Origin: an uncultured Holophagales bacterium
GTDB lineage: Bacteria; Acidobacteriota; Thermoanaerobaculia; Multivoradales; UBA5704
Assembly (NCBI GenBank): GCA_963842525.1
Contig: CAWJGT010000003.1
Span: 1,888,001 to 1,952,000 of the forward strand
DNA: 64,000 nt
Reading direction: 5' to 3'
Below the pieces are notes generated by a model, which saw only the letters and a list, made by a program, of their open reading frames with translations, searched no databases and was not told where the DNA came from. The position numbers and the translations under genes were made by a program. This document shows positions 1-9,069 of the stretch, in pieces (within the stretch, counting starts at the first letter, position 1; every line of letters starts with the position of its first letter).

Positions 1-1
1 G

Positions 2-2167
2 CCCGAGGAGGCGGTGGACGACCTCGCCCTGCTGCGCCCGCGCGAAGTGCTCTTCCATGCCTGCCGCGGAGGGGACGGCGCCGCGGCTTTTCCTCGCGGC
101 ATCGTCGATTGGGCCGAGCGGGAGTGCCCGTGCCGGACCGAGCTGACCGGCGACCGGCTGTTCGATCCGCACCGGGCCGGCGAGCTGCTGCTGCGTCAGT
201 TCGGTGTCGCCACCCTGCGCGGCTTCGGCCTGGAGGAGGGGGAGCCCGCCGTGCGCGCCGCCGCGGCAGCGCTCGCCTACGCCCAGGAGACGCAGAAGAG
301 CGAGCTTTCCCACGTGCGCGGGATCGCCGTCCAGGAGGCGCGGGACCGCATGGTCCTCGACGCCTCGACCCTTGCCAACCTGGAGGTCTTCCGCAGCCAG
401 CGCGCCGAGCTGGCGGGCCCCCGCCGCCGCGGCACCCTCCTCGCCGTCCTCGACCGCACCGTGACCGCGCCGGGCGGACGCGCCGTCCGCGAATGGCTGC
501 GCCGGCCGCTGGTCGATCCCCCCGCGATCGTGGAGCGCCACCGCGCGGTCGGCGAGCTGGCGGCGGACCATCCGCGCCGCGAACGCCTTCGCGAGCGCCT
601 GGCCCGGGTGGGAGACCCCGAGCGCCTGCTCGCCCGCGCCGTCCTCGGGACCATGACCCCGCGCGAGGCCGCGGCCTTGCGCGACGGCCTCGCCGAGATG
701 CCGGCGGTCCTCGCCGAGCTGACCGATGCCCAGGCCCCCCTCCTCGCCCGGCTCGCCACGGTCGATCCGCTCGTGGACCTCCATGCCGAGCTCGCCCGGA
801 TGCTCGAAGAGGCCCCGGCGCCGAGTCTCCAGGACGGGGGCGTGATCGCCGCCGGGGTCGATCCGGAGCTCGATCGCTTCCGCTCTCTGGCGCGGGACAG
901 CAAGCGGCACATCCTGGCCCTGGAGGTGCGGGAGCGGGAGCGCACCGGGATCTCCTCGTTGAAGATCCGCTACAACCGGGTCTTCGGCTATTACCTGGAG
1001 GTCACGCGGGCGAACCAGGAGCGGGTGCCCGCCGACTACATCCGCAAGCAGACCCTGGTCAACGCCGAGCGCTATGTGACGCCGGAGATCAAGGAGCTGG
1101 AGGAGCAGATCCTCTCGGCCGAGGAGCGGCAGATCGCCCTGGAGCAGGACTGGTTCAAGAAGCTCATCGTCACAATCGTCGCCGCGGCTGCCGGCCTGAC
1201 CGGCCTCGCCGCGGCCGTGGGCACCCTCGACGGCCTGGCTTCCTTTGCCGAGGCCGCGGCCCGCCACCGCTACGTCCAGCCGCGGATGGAGCCGGCGGGA
1301 GGGCCGATCGCGATCCGTGACGGCCGGCACCCGGTGGTCGAGCAGGCGAGCCGCGACGCCTTCGTGCCCAACGACGCCGATCTCGACGAGAGCGCCCGGA
1401 TCGTCCTGCTGACCGGCCCCAACATGGGGGGCAAATCGACCTACCTGCGGCAGGTGGCGCTGATCGCCCTGATGGCGCAGGCCGGGAGCTTCGTGCCGGC
1501 CCAGGAGGCGACCCTCGGGGTGATCGACCGCATCTTCACCCGCGTGGGCGCGTCGGATGACCTCGCGCGCGGGGAGTCCACCTTCATGGTGGAGATGATC
1601 GAGACGGCCAACATCCTGCGCCACGCCACCGACCACAGCCTGGTGATCCTCGACGAGGTGGGACGGGGCACCGCGACCTTCGACGGCCTGTCGATCGCCT
1701 GGGCCATCGTCGAGTACCTGCACGCGCACCGGCGGCCCAAGACTCTCTTCGCCACCCACTACCATGAGCTGACCGAGCTCGCTTCGCTGCTGCCGGGGGT
1801 GGTCAACCGCACCATGGCGGTCAAGGAGTGGGAGGACCGCATCGTCTTCCTGCGCCGGGTGGTGCCCGGGAGCGCCGACAAGTCCTACGGCATCCACGTG
1901 GCGCGGCTCGCCGGCCTGCCCGCCGAGGTGATCACCCGCGCCGGCGAGGTCCTCGCCAACCTGGAGTCCCACGAATACGACCTCACCGGCAAGCCGCGCC
2001 TGGCCCGCGGCCCCAACGCTCCCGAGGCCGGCGAGCCGGCCCAGCTCGCCCTCTTCGCCCCGCCGGAGCAGGTGGTCGCCTCCGTCCTCCGGGAGGTCGA
2101 TCTCGACCGATTGTCGCCCCTGGCGGCATTGAACCTTCTACATAGTCTAAAATCGCGGCTCGTCTGA
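2..2167 (+). CDS. mutS: DNA mismatch repair protein MutS (5' partial, starts before the window)
   Basis: Walker A TGPNMGGKST, RVGASDDLARGESTFMVEM, Walker B ILDEVGRGT, FATHYHEL, SYGIHVA; frame is open back to the window edge. Confidence 0.97.
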   Translation, partial: PEEAVDDLALLRPREVLFHACRGGDGAAAFPRGIVDWAERECPCRTELTGDRLFDPHRAGELLLRQFGVATLRGFGLEEGEPAVRAAAAALAYAQETQKSELSHVRGIAVQEARDRMVLDASTLANLEVFRSQRAELAGPRRRGTLLAVLDRTVTAPGGRAVREWLRRPLVDPPAIVERHRAVGELAADHPRRERLRERLARVGDPERLLARAVLGTMTPREAAALRDGLAEMPAVLAELTDAQAPLLARLATVDPLVDLHAELARMLEEAPAPSLQDGGVIAAGVDPELDRFRSLARDSKRHILALEVRERERTGISSLKIRYNRVFGYYLEVTRANQERVPADYIRKQTLVNAERYVTPEIKELEEQILSAEERQIALEQDWFKKLIVTIVAAAAGLTGLAAAVGTLDGLASFAEAAARHRYVQPRMEPAGGPIAIRDGRHPVVEQASRDAFVPNDADLDESARIVLLTGPNMGGKSTYLRQVALIALMAQAGSFVPAQEATLGVIDRIFTRVGASDDLARGESTFMVEMIETANILRHATDHSLVILDEVGRGTATFDGLSIAWAIVEYLHAHRRPKTLFATHYHELTELASLLPGVVNRTMAVKEWEDRIVFLRRVVPGSADKSYGIHVARLAGLPAEVITRAGEVLANLESHEYDLTGKPRLARGPNAPEAGEPAQLALFAPPEQVVASVLREVDLDRLSPLAALNLLHSLKSRLV

Positions 2168-2177
2168 GAGCCGCACC

Positions 2178-3230
2178 ATGAACGCCGCCGAGCACGTCTT
2201 CGTCGGGATCCCGGGTCCGGAGCTGGATTCGGAGTCCGCCTCCCTGCTGGAGCGATACCAGCCGGGCGGGATCACCCTCTTCGCGCGCAACATCAAAGAT
2301 GCCGAGCAGCTCGGCGAGCTGGCGACCCAGATCCGAAAAGTGCTGCCCGATGCGGTGCTGGCGATCGACGCCGAAGGCGGGCGGGTCGACCGCCTGCGCA
2401 CCATCGTGGGGCCTGCCCCAGCCGCCTCGCTCCTCGCCCGCAAGCCGACCAGCTTCTCGTTCCAGGCCGGGCAGTGGATCGGCCATGCGCTGCGGCTCTT
2501 CGACCTGGACGTCGATTTCGCGCCGGTGGTGGACCTCGACCGCCGCGAGCGCGACAACGCCCTCGACGACCGTTATCTGGGAACTACCCCGACCGAGGTG
2601 GTGCCGCGCGCCCGTGCCTTCCTGCGCGGCCTCCACGCGGGCGGCGCGGGCGGCTGCCTGAAGCACTTCCCCGGCCTCGGCGGCGCGGCCGAGGACACCC
2701 ACTTCAAGGTCTCCTCCGTCTATCTCACCTCGGCGGTGCTGCGGGCGGACCTCGATCCCTTCGAGACCCTGGCCCGGCTCGCCGGCGCGGTCATGGTGGC
2801 CCATGCCATCTATCCGGCCTACGACGCCGGGCAACGGCCGGCGACCCTGTCGGCGCCGATCATCGGCGGGCTGCTCCGCGGGCGGCTGGGTTTCGACGGG
2901 CTGGTGTTCAGCGACGACCTGGAGATGAAGGCGCTGGACGACTGGGGCGACCTCGCCGAGCGCTCCGAGGCCGCCTTCGCGGCCGGCTGCGACGTGCTGC
3001 TCCTCTGCCACACCCTGGAGGCCCTGCCCGACGTGGTGGCGCGCCTGGAGCACCCCGCTCTCGAAGAGCGCCGGCAGGAGGCCCACCGCCGCCTCGACAC
3101 CTACCGGCAGCGCCTGCGCACCCTGCGTTCGGCGCGCGACTACGTCCATTTCATGCGCGGCGACCGGGGCGAGCGGCTGGAGAACATCCGCCAGGCCCTG
3201 GAGCAGATCACGGCCAGCGCGAGCGCCTGA
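2178..3230 (+). CDS. nagZ: GH3 beta-N-acetylhexosaminidase (NagZ-like)
   Basis: GGITLFARN, IDAEGGRVDR, FAPVVD, KHFPGLG...DTH, GFDGLVFSDDLEM. Confidence 0.88.
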   Translation: MNAAEHVFVGIPGPELDSESASLLERYQPGGITLFARNIKDAEQLGELATQIRKVLPDAVLAIDAEGGRVDRLRTIVGPAPAASLLARKPTSFSFQAGQWIGHALRLFDLDVDFAPVVDLDRRERDNALDDRYLGTTPTEVVPRARAFLRGLHAGGAGGCLKHFPGLGGAAEDTHFKVSSVYLTSAVLRADLDPFETLARLAGAVMVAHAIYPAYDAGQRPATLSAPIIGGLLRGRLGFDGLVFSDDLEMKALDDWGDLAERSEAAFAAGCDVLLLCHTLEALPDVVARLEHPALEERRQEAHRRLDTYRQRLRTLRSARDYVHFMRGDRGERLENIRQALEQITASASA

Positions 3231-3302
3231 CCTCACCCCTTTCTCCGATCACGGGGCGTGGGGTTTGGCGGCTGGTAGAATGCTGGTGAGTGAGGAATCA
3301 TC

Positions 3303-3554
3303 ATGCGAGTTCTCGAGATCCCCTACAGTGAAGACCTCCTGATCGCATCAGGCCAGGAGCCTCAGGAGCTGGAGCAGGAGCTGCGCTTTCTGCTCGCTTC
3401 CAGGTTGTTCGAGCTCCGCCGTTTGTCTCTCGGCAAGGCGAGCGAGTTGGCGGGTATTCCCCGCTTGCGGTTTATGGACGAGCTCGGCCGACGCCAGATT
3501 CCTGTGATCAACCTCGCTGAGGACCAGATCCGCGACGAGCTGTGGGATGACTGA
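3303..3554 (+). CDS. UPF0175-family putative antitoxin
   Basis: 83 aa, LSLGKASELAGI..FMDEL pattern; overlaps the downstream PIN gene. Confidence 0.8.
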   Translation: MRVLEIPYSEDLLIASGQEPQELEQELRFLLASRLFELRRLSLGKASELAGIPRLRFMDELGRRQIPVINLAEDQIRDELWDD

Positions 3555-4038
3555 GCTGGTCATCGTCGCAGATTCGAGTCCTCTGATCGGGCTTGCCCGT
3601 ATTGGGCAACTCGAGATTCTCCGCAAACTGGCGTCGAGGGTTCTGATGCCTCCAGCTGTGCGCGACGAGATCACCCTCTACAGCCGGGAGGCCCCGGGCG
3701 CCGCAGTGATCCGTCAGGCTACATGGATCGAGCTCGAGGTGCCTGATCAGCTTCAGGTAGAGCCTCTTACCATCCTGGTGGACCGTGGCGAAGCTGAGGC
3801 CATTGCTCTGGCTCAGAGGCTTTCAGATGCCTTGCTTCTCCTGGACGACGCCAGAGCGCGCCGTGTCGCGGAGAGGTTGGGCATTCGCCGCATCGGCACG
3901 GTCGGCCTCTTGAGACGCGCGAAAAAGGCTGGATTGATCCCGGAGGTCAAGCCACATCTCGAGGCACTCATGGCGAACGGGATCTATATTCATCGGGCGC
4001 TCATCGAAGCTGTCTTGAAAGACCTGGGTGAAGCGTAA
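3547..4038 (+). CDS. DUF3368-type PIN-domain protein (putative toxin)
   Basis: IVADSSPLI, DRGEAEAIALA, LLLDDARAR, GTVGLL. Confidence 0.85.
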   Translation: MTELVIVADSSPLIGLARIGQLEILRKLASRVLMPPAVRDEITLYSREAPGAAVIRQATWIELEVPDQLQVEPLTILVDRGEAEAIALAQRLSDALLLLDDARARRVAERLGIRRIGTVGLLRRAKKAGLIPEVKPHLEALMANGIYIHRALIEAVLKDLGEA

Positions 4039-4082
4039 GAGCGTGGGCCAGGGACGCCCCGGCAGGCACCGCCAGCGCGTAG

Positions 4083-4184
4083 CCTCACCCCCTGTCCCCA
4101 TAGGCGCTTACTTTGCGCCGGCGCTCCCAGGGCCACCCTCCCCTCCCAGAGCAAAGTTAACGCCTATGGGGACAGGGGGTGAGG
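4083..4184. repeat. Perfect 24-bp inverted repeat: truncated BoxC-like ends around an inner IR element
   Basis: 4083-4106 CCTCACCCCCTGTCCCCATAGGCG is the exact reverse complement of 4161-4184; the inner TTACTTTGC / GCAAAGTTAA extends the pairing. Confidence 0.9.
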
Positions 4185-4185
4185 T

Positions 4186-5385
4186 CTACGGATCCGGCGG
4201 GATCATCGGCGCCAGCGACATCTCGTCCGTCTCGTCTGAGGCCTGCTCCTCGGCCGGACGGGCGGGCCCGCGCGGAGGACCGACGACCTGGTCGCGTCCG
4301 CTCTCCTTGGCCTGGTAGAGGCGGCGGTCGGCGCAGGCGAGGATCTCGGCGGCGGTCATGCCGTCCTCCGGCCAGCTCGCGACGCCGATGCTCACGGTCA
4401 GCGAGACCGGCCGGGCGCGGCCGGAGAGGTGGATCGGCGTGGCGGCCACGGTGCGCCGGAAGCGCTCCAGCAGGTCCTGCGCCCGGCTGCTGCGCACCCC
4501 CGGCAGGATGAGGGCGAACTCCTCGCCGCCATAGCGCGCCACCACGTCGCTCTCCCGGCAGGAGCTGCGCAGCGTCTCCGCCACCAGCCGCAGCGCCTCG
4601 TCGCCTCCCGCATGGCCGAAGGTGTCGTTGAAGCGCTTGAACCAGTCGATGTCCAGCATCGCCACGGCGAAGCGTGCGTCCTCGCGCCGCGCCACGGCCA
4701 CCTCCCGTTCGAGCTGCTCGTTGAAGACCGCCCGGTTGAGCAGGCCGGTGAAGCGGTCGCGGGTGGAGAGCAGGCGCAGCTCCCGCGCCCGCACGACGAT
4801 CGTGGCCGCGAGCAGGGTCGCCCCGGCGAGCTGGACGATCCGCCAGAGCTGGTCGCCCCAGCGGAAGATCCCCGCGGCCAGCGCCTCGGCCCAGAGCGCC
4901 AGGCCCACATACTGTAAGAGGCACAGGAGGCCGGTCACCAGGCAGATGCGCGCGTCGTAGCGCAGGCTGGTGGCACCGATCGCCAGGAAATACAGGGGGA
5001 AGATCACCAGGTCGCTGGTGGCCTCCTGCGGCCGGCCGAGGAGGACGAACAGGCAGAGCAGCCCGCTCACCAGGCTGACGTCGAGCAGGCTGCTGGCGAA
5101 GCCCATCCAGGACCGGCCCCAGTTGCGGCGGGTGGCGGAATAGATCATCAACGCGCCGAGCAACCCGCCGCCGGCGATCGCCAGGAGGGCGCGCGGATCG
5201 CGGTCGAGCGGCGAGCGGATGTACTCGTTGGCCGGGATGTAGACGAGGATCAGGACGATGAGGAGCCGGACGCCTGCGATCAACAGCTCGCCGCTGAAGG
5301 CGGCGTCGGAGATCTCGGGCTCCGGCCGCGTCCAGACGCGCCGCCAGAGGGACGGCTCCGCGGGAGGTTGCTCGCTCTTCGGCAT
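4186..5385 (-). CDS. Membrane-bound diguanylate cyclase (GGDEF domain)
   Basis: Several TM segments, then DRFTGLLNR, DIDWFKRFNDTFGHAGGD, RESD I-site, RYGGEEF; ATG 5385 chosen as start. Confidence 0.92.
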   Translation of the reverse strand: MPKSEQPPAEPSLWRRVWTRPEPEISDAAFSGELLIAGVRLLIVLILVYIPANEYIRSPLDRDPRALLAIAGGGLLGALMIYSATRRNWGRSWMGFASSLLDVSLVSGLLCLFVLLGRPQEATSDLVIFPLYFLAIGATSLRYDARICLVTGLLCLLQYVGLALWAEALAAGIFRWGDQLWRIVQLAGATLLAATIVVRARELRLLSTRDRFTGLLNRAVFNEQLEREVAVARREDARFAVAMLDIDWFKRFNDTFGHAGGDEALRLVAETLRSSCRESDVVARYGGEEFALILPGVRSSRAQDLLERFRRTVAATPIHLSGRARPVSLTVSIGVASWPEDGMTAAEILACADRRLYQAKESGRDQVVGPPRGPARPAEEQASDETDEMSLAPMIPPDP

Positions 5386-5514
5386 GGACGGCGCACCTGC
5401 GGGCGGCGGTGCGCCGCGCACGTCGCGCAACACCGCCCGTTCGTCGGAACCCAGGATCCGATCGAGATCAGGTGCCCCAGTCTAGCAGAGCCGGAACGAT
5501 CCCGGCGCGTGATC

Positions 5515-5785
5515 GGGACCGCGGTCGGGGTGACCGGGACCACGAAGCGCGGGCTGCGGACCACGGTGCCTGTGACCGGGCTCGCGGGTCCGGACCGGGC
5601 TTCGCGGTCCGCGCTGCAGGCATCACGGTCCCTGTCACTGGCACGACGATGCCTGTCACAGGGACCACGGTCCGCATCCACGCGCCTGGCGATGCCAGCG
5701 ACATGGACCGCGAAGCCCGGGGGCGCTTTGCGGTCCCGGCGACAGGGAGCACGGAGCCGGTGACAGGGACCGTGGTCCTGGACTG
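5515..5785. repeat. Degenerate 21-bp tandem array (about 13 units, consensus near GGGACCACGGTCCCTGTCACA)
   Basis: Units such as GGGACCGCGGTCGGGGTGACC, GGCATCACGGTCCCTGTCACT, GGGACCACGGTCCGCATCCAC, GGGACCGTGGTCCTGGACTGT. Confidence 0.8.
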
Positions 5786-5794
5786 TGCCGTCCT

Positions 5795-5859
5795 CCCCTT
5801 CCCCCCTCTCCCGGGAGACCGGGAGTGCGGCTGGGAGAGGGGGGCCAGGGGGGTGAGGG
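5795..5859 (-). repeat. BoxC-like palindromic repeat
   Basis: Minus strand CCTCACCCCCCTGGCCCCCCTCTCCC...CCGGGAGAGGGGGG, just after the ssb stop. Confidence 0.8.
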
Positions 5860-5864
5860 ACCGC

Positions 5865-6311
5865 TCAGAACGGGATGTCGTCGTCTTCCGGCTCGCCGCC
5901 GTAGCTGGGCTCCTCGTACGAGGGGCTGCCGCCGGGGGACGATGCTCCGGCGCCGGCCGGCTCGTAATCGCCGCCGCCGCCGGTGCGCGAGCCGAGCATC
6001 TGGAAGTTCTCGCAGATGACCTCGGTGCGATAGCGCTTCTCGCCGCTCTGGCGGTCGTCCCAGGAACGGGTCTGGAGGCGCCCTTCGACATAGATCTGCT
6101 TGCCCTTGGTCAGGTACTGGCCGGCGACCTCCGCCTGGCGTCCGAAGCAGACGATGGTGTGCCACTCCGTCTGGTCCTGGCGCTGGCCGTTCTTGTCCTT
6201 CCACCGGCGGCTGGTGGCCAGGGTGAAGTTTGCGACCGGCTGCCCCGAGGGAAGGGATCGCACCTCCGGATCCTTCCCCAGATTGCCGACCAGAATCACT
6301 TTGTTGATCAT
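5865..6311 (-). CDS. ssb: Single-stranded DNA-binding protein
   Basis: [31 protein letters not shown]-terminal DDDIPF. Confidence 0.98.
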   Translation of the reverse strand: MINKVILVGNLGKDPEVRSLPSGQPVANFTLATSRRWKDKNGQRQDQTEWHTIVCFGRQAEVAGQYLTKGKQIYVEGRLQTRSWDDRQSGEKRYRTEVICENFQMLGSRTGGGGDYEPAGAGASSPGGSPSYEEPSYGGEPEDDDIPF

Positions 6312-6433
6312 GCTCGATTCTCCTCAGGGGTTCGAATCAGGTACGGTATCACACCACTGCCGCGGCCGGCTCTCCCGCCCGCCGGACCCGGCGGCAGGAA
6401 AAAAGTTCCCGGCGGGGGGAAGGGACGTCTCGC

Positions 6434-6883
6434 GTGCGCGTCGTGATCCAGCGGGTGAGCTCGGCGTCGGTCCGGGTCGAGGGCGCGGTAGTTGGAGCAG
6501 TGGGAGAGATCGGCCGCGGTCTCCTCGTCCTGGTGGGGATCGAGCGCGGCGACGGTCCGGCCCAGGTGAAGGCGGCGGCCGAGAAGCTCGCCGGCCTGCG
6601 CGTTTTCGAGGACGAGGCGGGCCGGATGAACCTCGACGCCGCGGCGGCCGGCGGCGCCTTCCTGATCGTCTCCCAGTTCACCCTCGCCGGCTCGATCGAG
6701 CGCGGCCGCCGTCCCTCCTTCGACCGCGCCGCGCCGCCTGCCGAGGCCGAGCCGCTGATCGACGCCCTGGTCGCCGACCTGCGGCAGCGGGGCTTCCGCG
6801 TCGAGACCGGCCGTTTCCGCGCCCACATGGACGTGGCGCTGGTCAACGACGGCCCGGTGACGCTGGTGGCGGATTTCAATTGA
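6434..6883 (+). CDS. dtd: D-aminoacyl-tRNA deacylase
   Basis: MRVVIQRV, SQFTL, NDGPVT. Confidence 0.97.
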   Translation: MRVVIQRVSSASVRVEGAVVGAVGEIGRGLLVLVGIERGDGPAQVKAAAEKLAGLRVFEDEAGRMNLDAAAAGGAFLIVSQFTLAGSIERGRRPSFDRAAPPAEAEPLIDALVADLRQRGFRVETGRFRAHMDVALVNDGPVTLVADFN

Positions 6884-7015
6884 CCTCCGGTTGAGCCCAG
6901 ATGGATCCCAGATGGCCTTCCGGCGAAACCGGCGTTATGATCTCCGGGAAAACCGGATGCGGGTTGACGATCCCGAAGTGGGCCGCTAGTCTCGTCCCAG
7001 AAGCAGGAGGTATCC

Positions 7016-7636
7016 ATGGCCGAGCCGGCACGCCCGCTGAGCCTTCCAGAACGTGAAAACGAGAGAGCCTGGCCTGCCCAGGGAATGTGGACTTATGAAG
7101 ACTACCGCCGCCTTCCCGAGGATGGCCGACGCTACGAGGTCCTCCGAGGTCACCTGTACGTGAGCCCTGCACCCTCGACCGATCACCAGCGCACCGTCAA
7201 CGGGCTGTCCTGGAAGCTCAGCCTGTTCGTGCGTGGCCGTGCCCTGGGCGAGGTGTTCACAGCTCCCTACGACATCCTGCTTCCTCGCGGCATCGCGACT
7301 CCTGTCCAGCCGGACCTGATTTTCTTCCGGAAGGGCAACCTGCCCCGGTCCGGCACGCCGAATTTCCAGGGTATTCCGGACCTGGTGATCGAGGTCCTCT
7401 CGCCTGGTACCCGCCATCTGGACACCCGTAAGCTCGCTGCCTACCTGGAAGCAGGCGTCCCGGAGGTCTGGCACGCGGACCCGCAGGAACAGACGATCGT
7501 CGTCTACGGCTTGAGCGAGGACGGCAAGCGCTACCTTGGGCTGAGCCGGGGCGGCGTCGGAGAGTCGGTCACCTCTCGTGTCCTTCCGGACCTGTGGGTC
7601 GAAGTCTCCGAGATCTTTCCTCCCGAGCCCGAGTAA
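7016..7636 (+). CDS. Uma2/DUF820-family putative endonuclease
   Basis: WTYEDYRRLPEDGRRYEVLRG, QPDL, PDLVIEVLSPGT, YLEAGVPEVW; strong SD AGGAGG. Confidence 0.9.
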   Translation: MAEPARPLSLPERENERAWPAQGMWTYEDYRRLPEDGRRYEVLRGHLYVSPAPSTDHQRTVNGLSWKLSLFVRGRALGEVFTAPYDILLPRGIATPVQPDLIFFRKGNLPRSGTPNFQGIPDLVIEVLSPGTRHLDTRKLAAYLEAGVPEVWHADPQEQTIVVYGLSEDGKRYLGLSRGGVGESVTSRVLPDLWVEVSEIFPPEPE

Positions 7637-8709
7637 GCCTGGGCGGAGAGGAGCTCCGGAAGTGAGGTCCTGACCGGGATCACGTCCAGCGGGATCGGCA
7701 TGAACGAGAGGATGAACATCACCAGGGCGAGCCAGGCAAGGAGCCGCCGCTTGCGGTCCAGCGGGATGCGCTCGTCGCGCAGCGGCGGATGATGGAGACC
7801 GATCAGTAGGACGATCACGCACCAGAGGAGCCAGCCCGGCCAGTAGAAGCCGGTCAGGCCAAGCGCCAGCCAGAGAGGGAGGGCAAGCCGCCGCTGCAGC
7901 CGCCCCATGGCCGCATACAGGATGTGTCCGCCGTCGAGCTGGCCGAGGGGCAGAAGATTGAGGGAGGTGGCGAAGAGCCCGAACCACGCGCCCAGGGCGG
8001 CCGGATGGAGGTTGAGGTACCAGCCTTCTGGGAGCGGGCCGTGGAAGATCCGTGCGGCAATGGCCAGGGCCAGGCACTTGCCGGGGGCGAAGAGGGCGCC
8101 GGACGCCTCCGACTCGGTGGTGGGGACGATCGAGACCACCTGGGAGTGGGCGACCCCATAGAGGAGAAAGGGGATCAGCATCACGAACCCGGCGATGGGC
8201 CCGGCGACGCCCACGTCGAACAGCTCCCGCTTGGACCGGATGGGAGCCCGGATCCGGATGAAGGCGCCGAACGTGCCCAACCCGAAGGGGACCGGCAGAA
8301 AGAAGGGAGGAGTGCAGGGCAGACGATACAGGCGGCAGGCGATGTAGTGCCCCAGCTCGTGCGCGAGGAGGATGACCAGGGCGGAGAACGTGAAGATGAC
8401 GCCGATCCGCAGCAGAGCCGGATCTCTCCAGACGGCGAGCGCCACGCGGGGTGTCAGCACGACACCCCAGGCGGTCGGCAGGTCCGTCTGAACGTCGGTC
8501 CGGCTCAGGAGATAGGTCACCGGCCCCAGGGTCGTCGTGGTCAAGGCGGTCAGCAGGAAGAGCAGGACCGCCAGCCCATACTTCGGCGGCGGGGGTGGCG
8601 GGGCCGGCCGCATGTCCTCGGCCGGAGGAAGCAGCTCGATAACCGGATGACCGGGCCGGCGGAAGGGCAGCGGAGGCCCCTCGGGCCAGGAGCGCGGGGG
8701 CTCATTCAT
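7531..8709 (-). CDS. Site-2 protease (M50) membrane metalloprotease
   Basis: HELGH, GTFGAFIR, AGPIAG, NLLPLGQLDGGH. Confidence 0.92.
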   Translation of the reverse strand: MNEPPRSWPEGPPLPFRRPGHPVIELLPPAEDMRPAPPPPPPKYGLAVLLFLLTALTTTTLGPVTYLLSRTDVQTDLPTAWGVVLTPRVALAVWRDPALLRIGVIFTFSALVILLAHELGHYIACRLYRLPCTPPFFLPVPFGLGTFGAFIRIRAPIRSKRELFDVGVAGPIAGFVMLIPFLLYGVAHSQVVSIVPTTESEASGALFAPGKCLALAIAARIFHGPLPEGWYLNLHPAALGAWFGLFATSLNLLPLGQLDGGHILYAAMGRLQRRLALPLWLALGLTGFYWPGWLLWCVIVLLIGLHHPPLRDERIPLDRKRRLLAWLALVMFILSFMPIPLDVIPVRTSLPELLSAQAYSGSGGKISETSTHRSGRTREVTDSPTPPRLSPR

Positions 8710-8734
8710 CCGAGCTGTTCCGCCAGGAAAGAAA

Positions 8735-9001
8735 TCAGAGGTTCTTCAGATCTTTGCCGGGTTTGAAGCGGACCGTCTTGCCGGGCGAGATCGCAACTTC
8801 GACGCCGGTCTTCGGGTTGCGCCCGACACCCTTCTTGCGGTCGCGCACCTGGAACACCCCGAAGCCGCGGAGCTCGATGCGCTTGCCGTCGCAGAGCGCG
8901 TTCTTCATGGCCTCGATGATGGTGTCGACGGCCTGGGCCGCCTTGACCCGGGGGACGTCGGTGAGCTCCGCGACCTGGTCTACGATATCCGACTTGATCA
9001 T
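8735..9001 (-). CDS. HU/IHF-family DNA-binding protein
   Basis: IELRGFGVF, GRNPKTG, VRFKPGKDL. Confidence 0.95.
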   Translation of the reverse strand: MIKSDIVDQVAELTDVPRVKAAQAVDTIIEAMKNALCDGKRIELRGFGVFQVRDRKKGVGRNPKTGVEVAISPGKTVRFKPGKDLKNL

Positions 9002-9069
9002 TTGTGCTCCGAAACGGCGCCGAGTCTAGCAACGGCTCCGGGGTGAGTCAATCGCGCCGGAGGCCCTCC

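Noticed and set aside
2660-2705. NagZ KHFPGLG instead of KHFPGHG as a sign of inactivity
   Set aside because: The catalytic DTH His and the SDD nucleophile are retained
6884-7015. Leftover gene end around the first Uma2 insert
   Set aside because: No convincing match to the dtd or protease ends by eye
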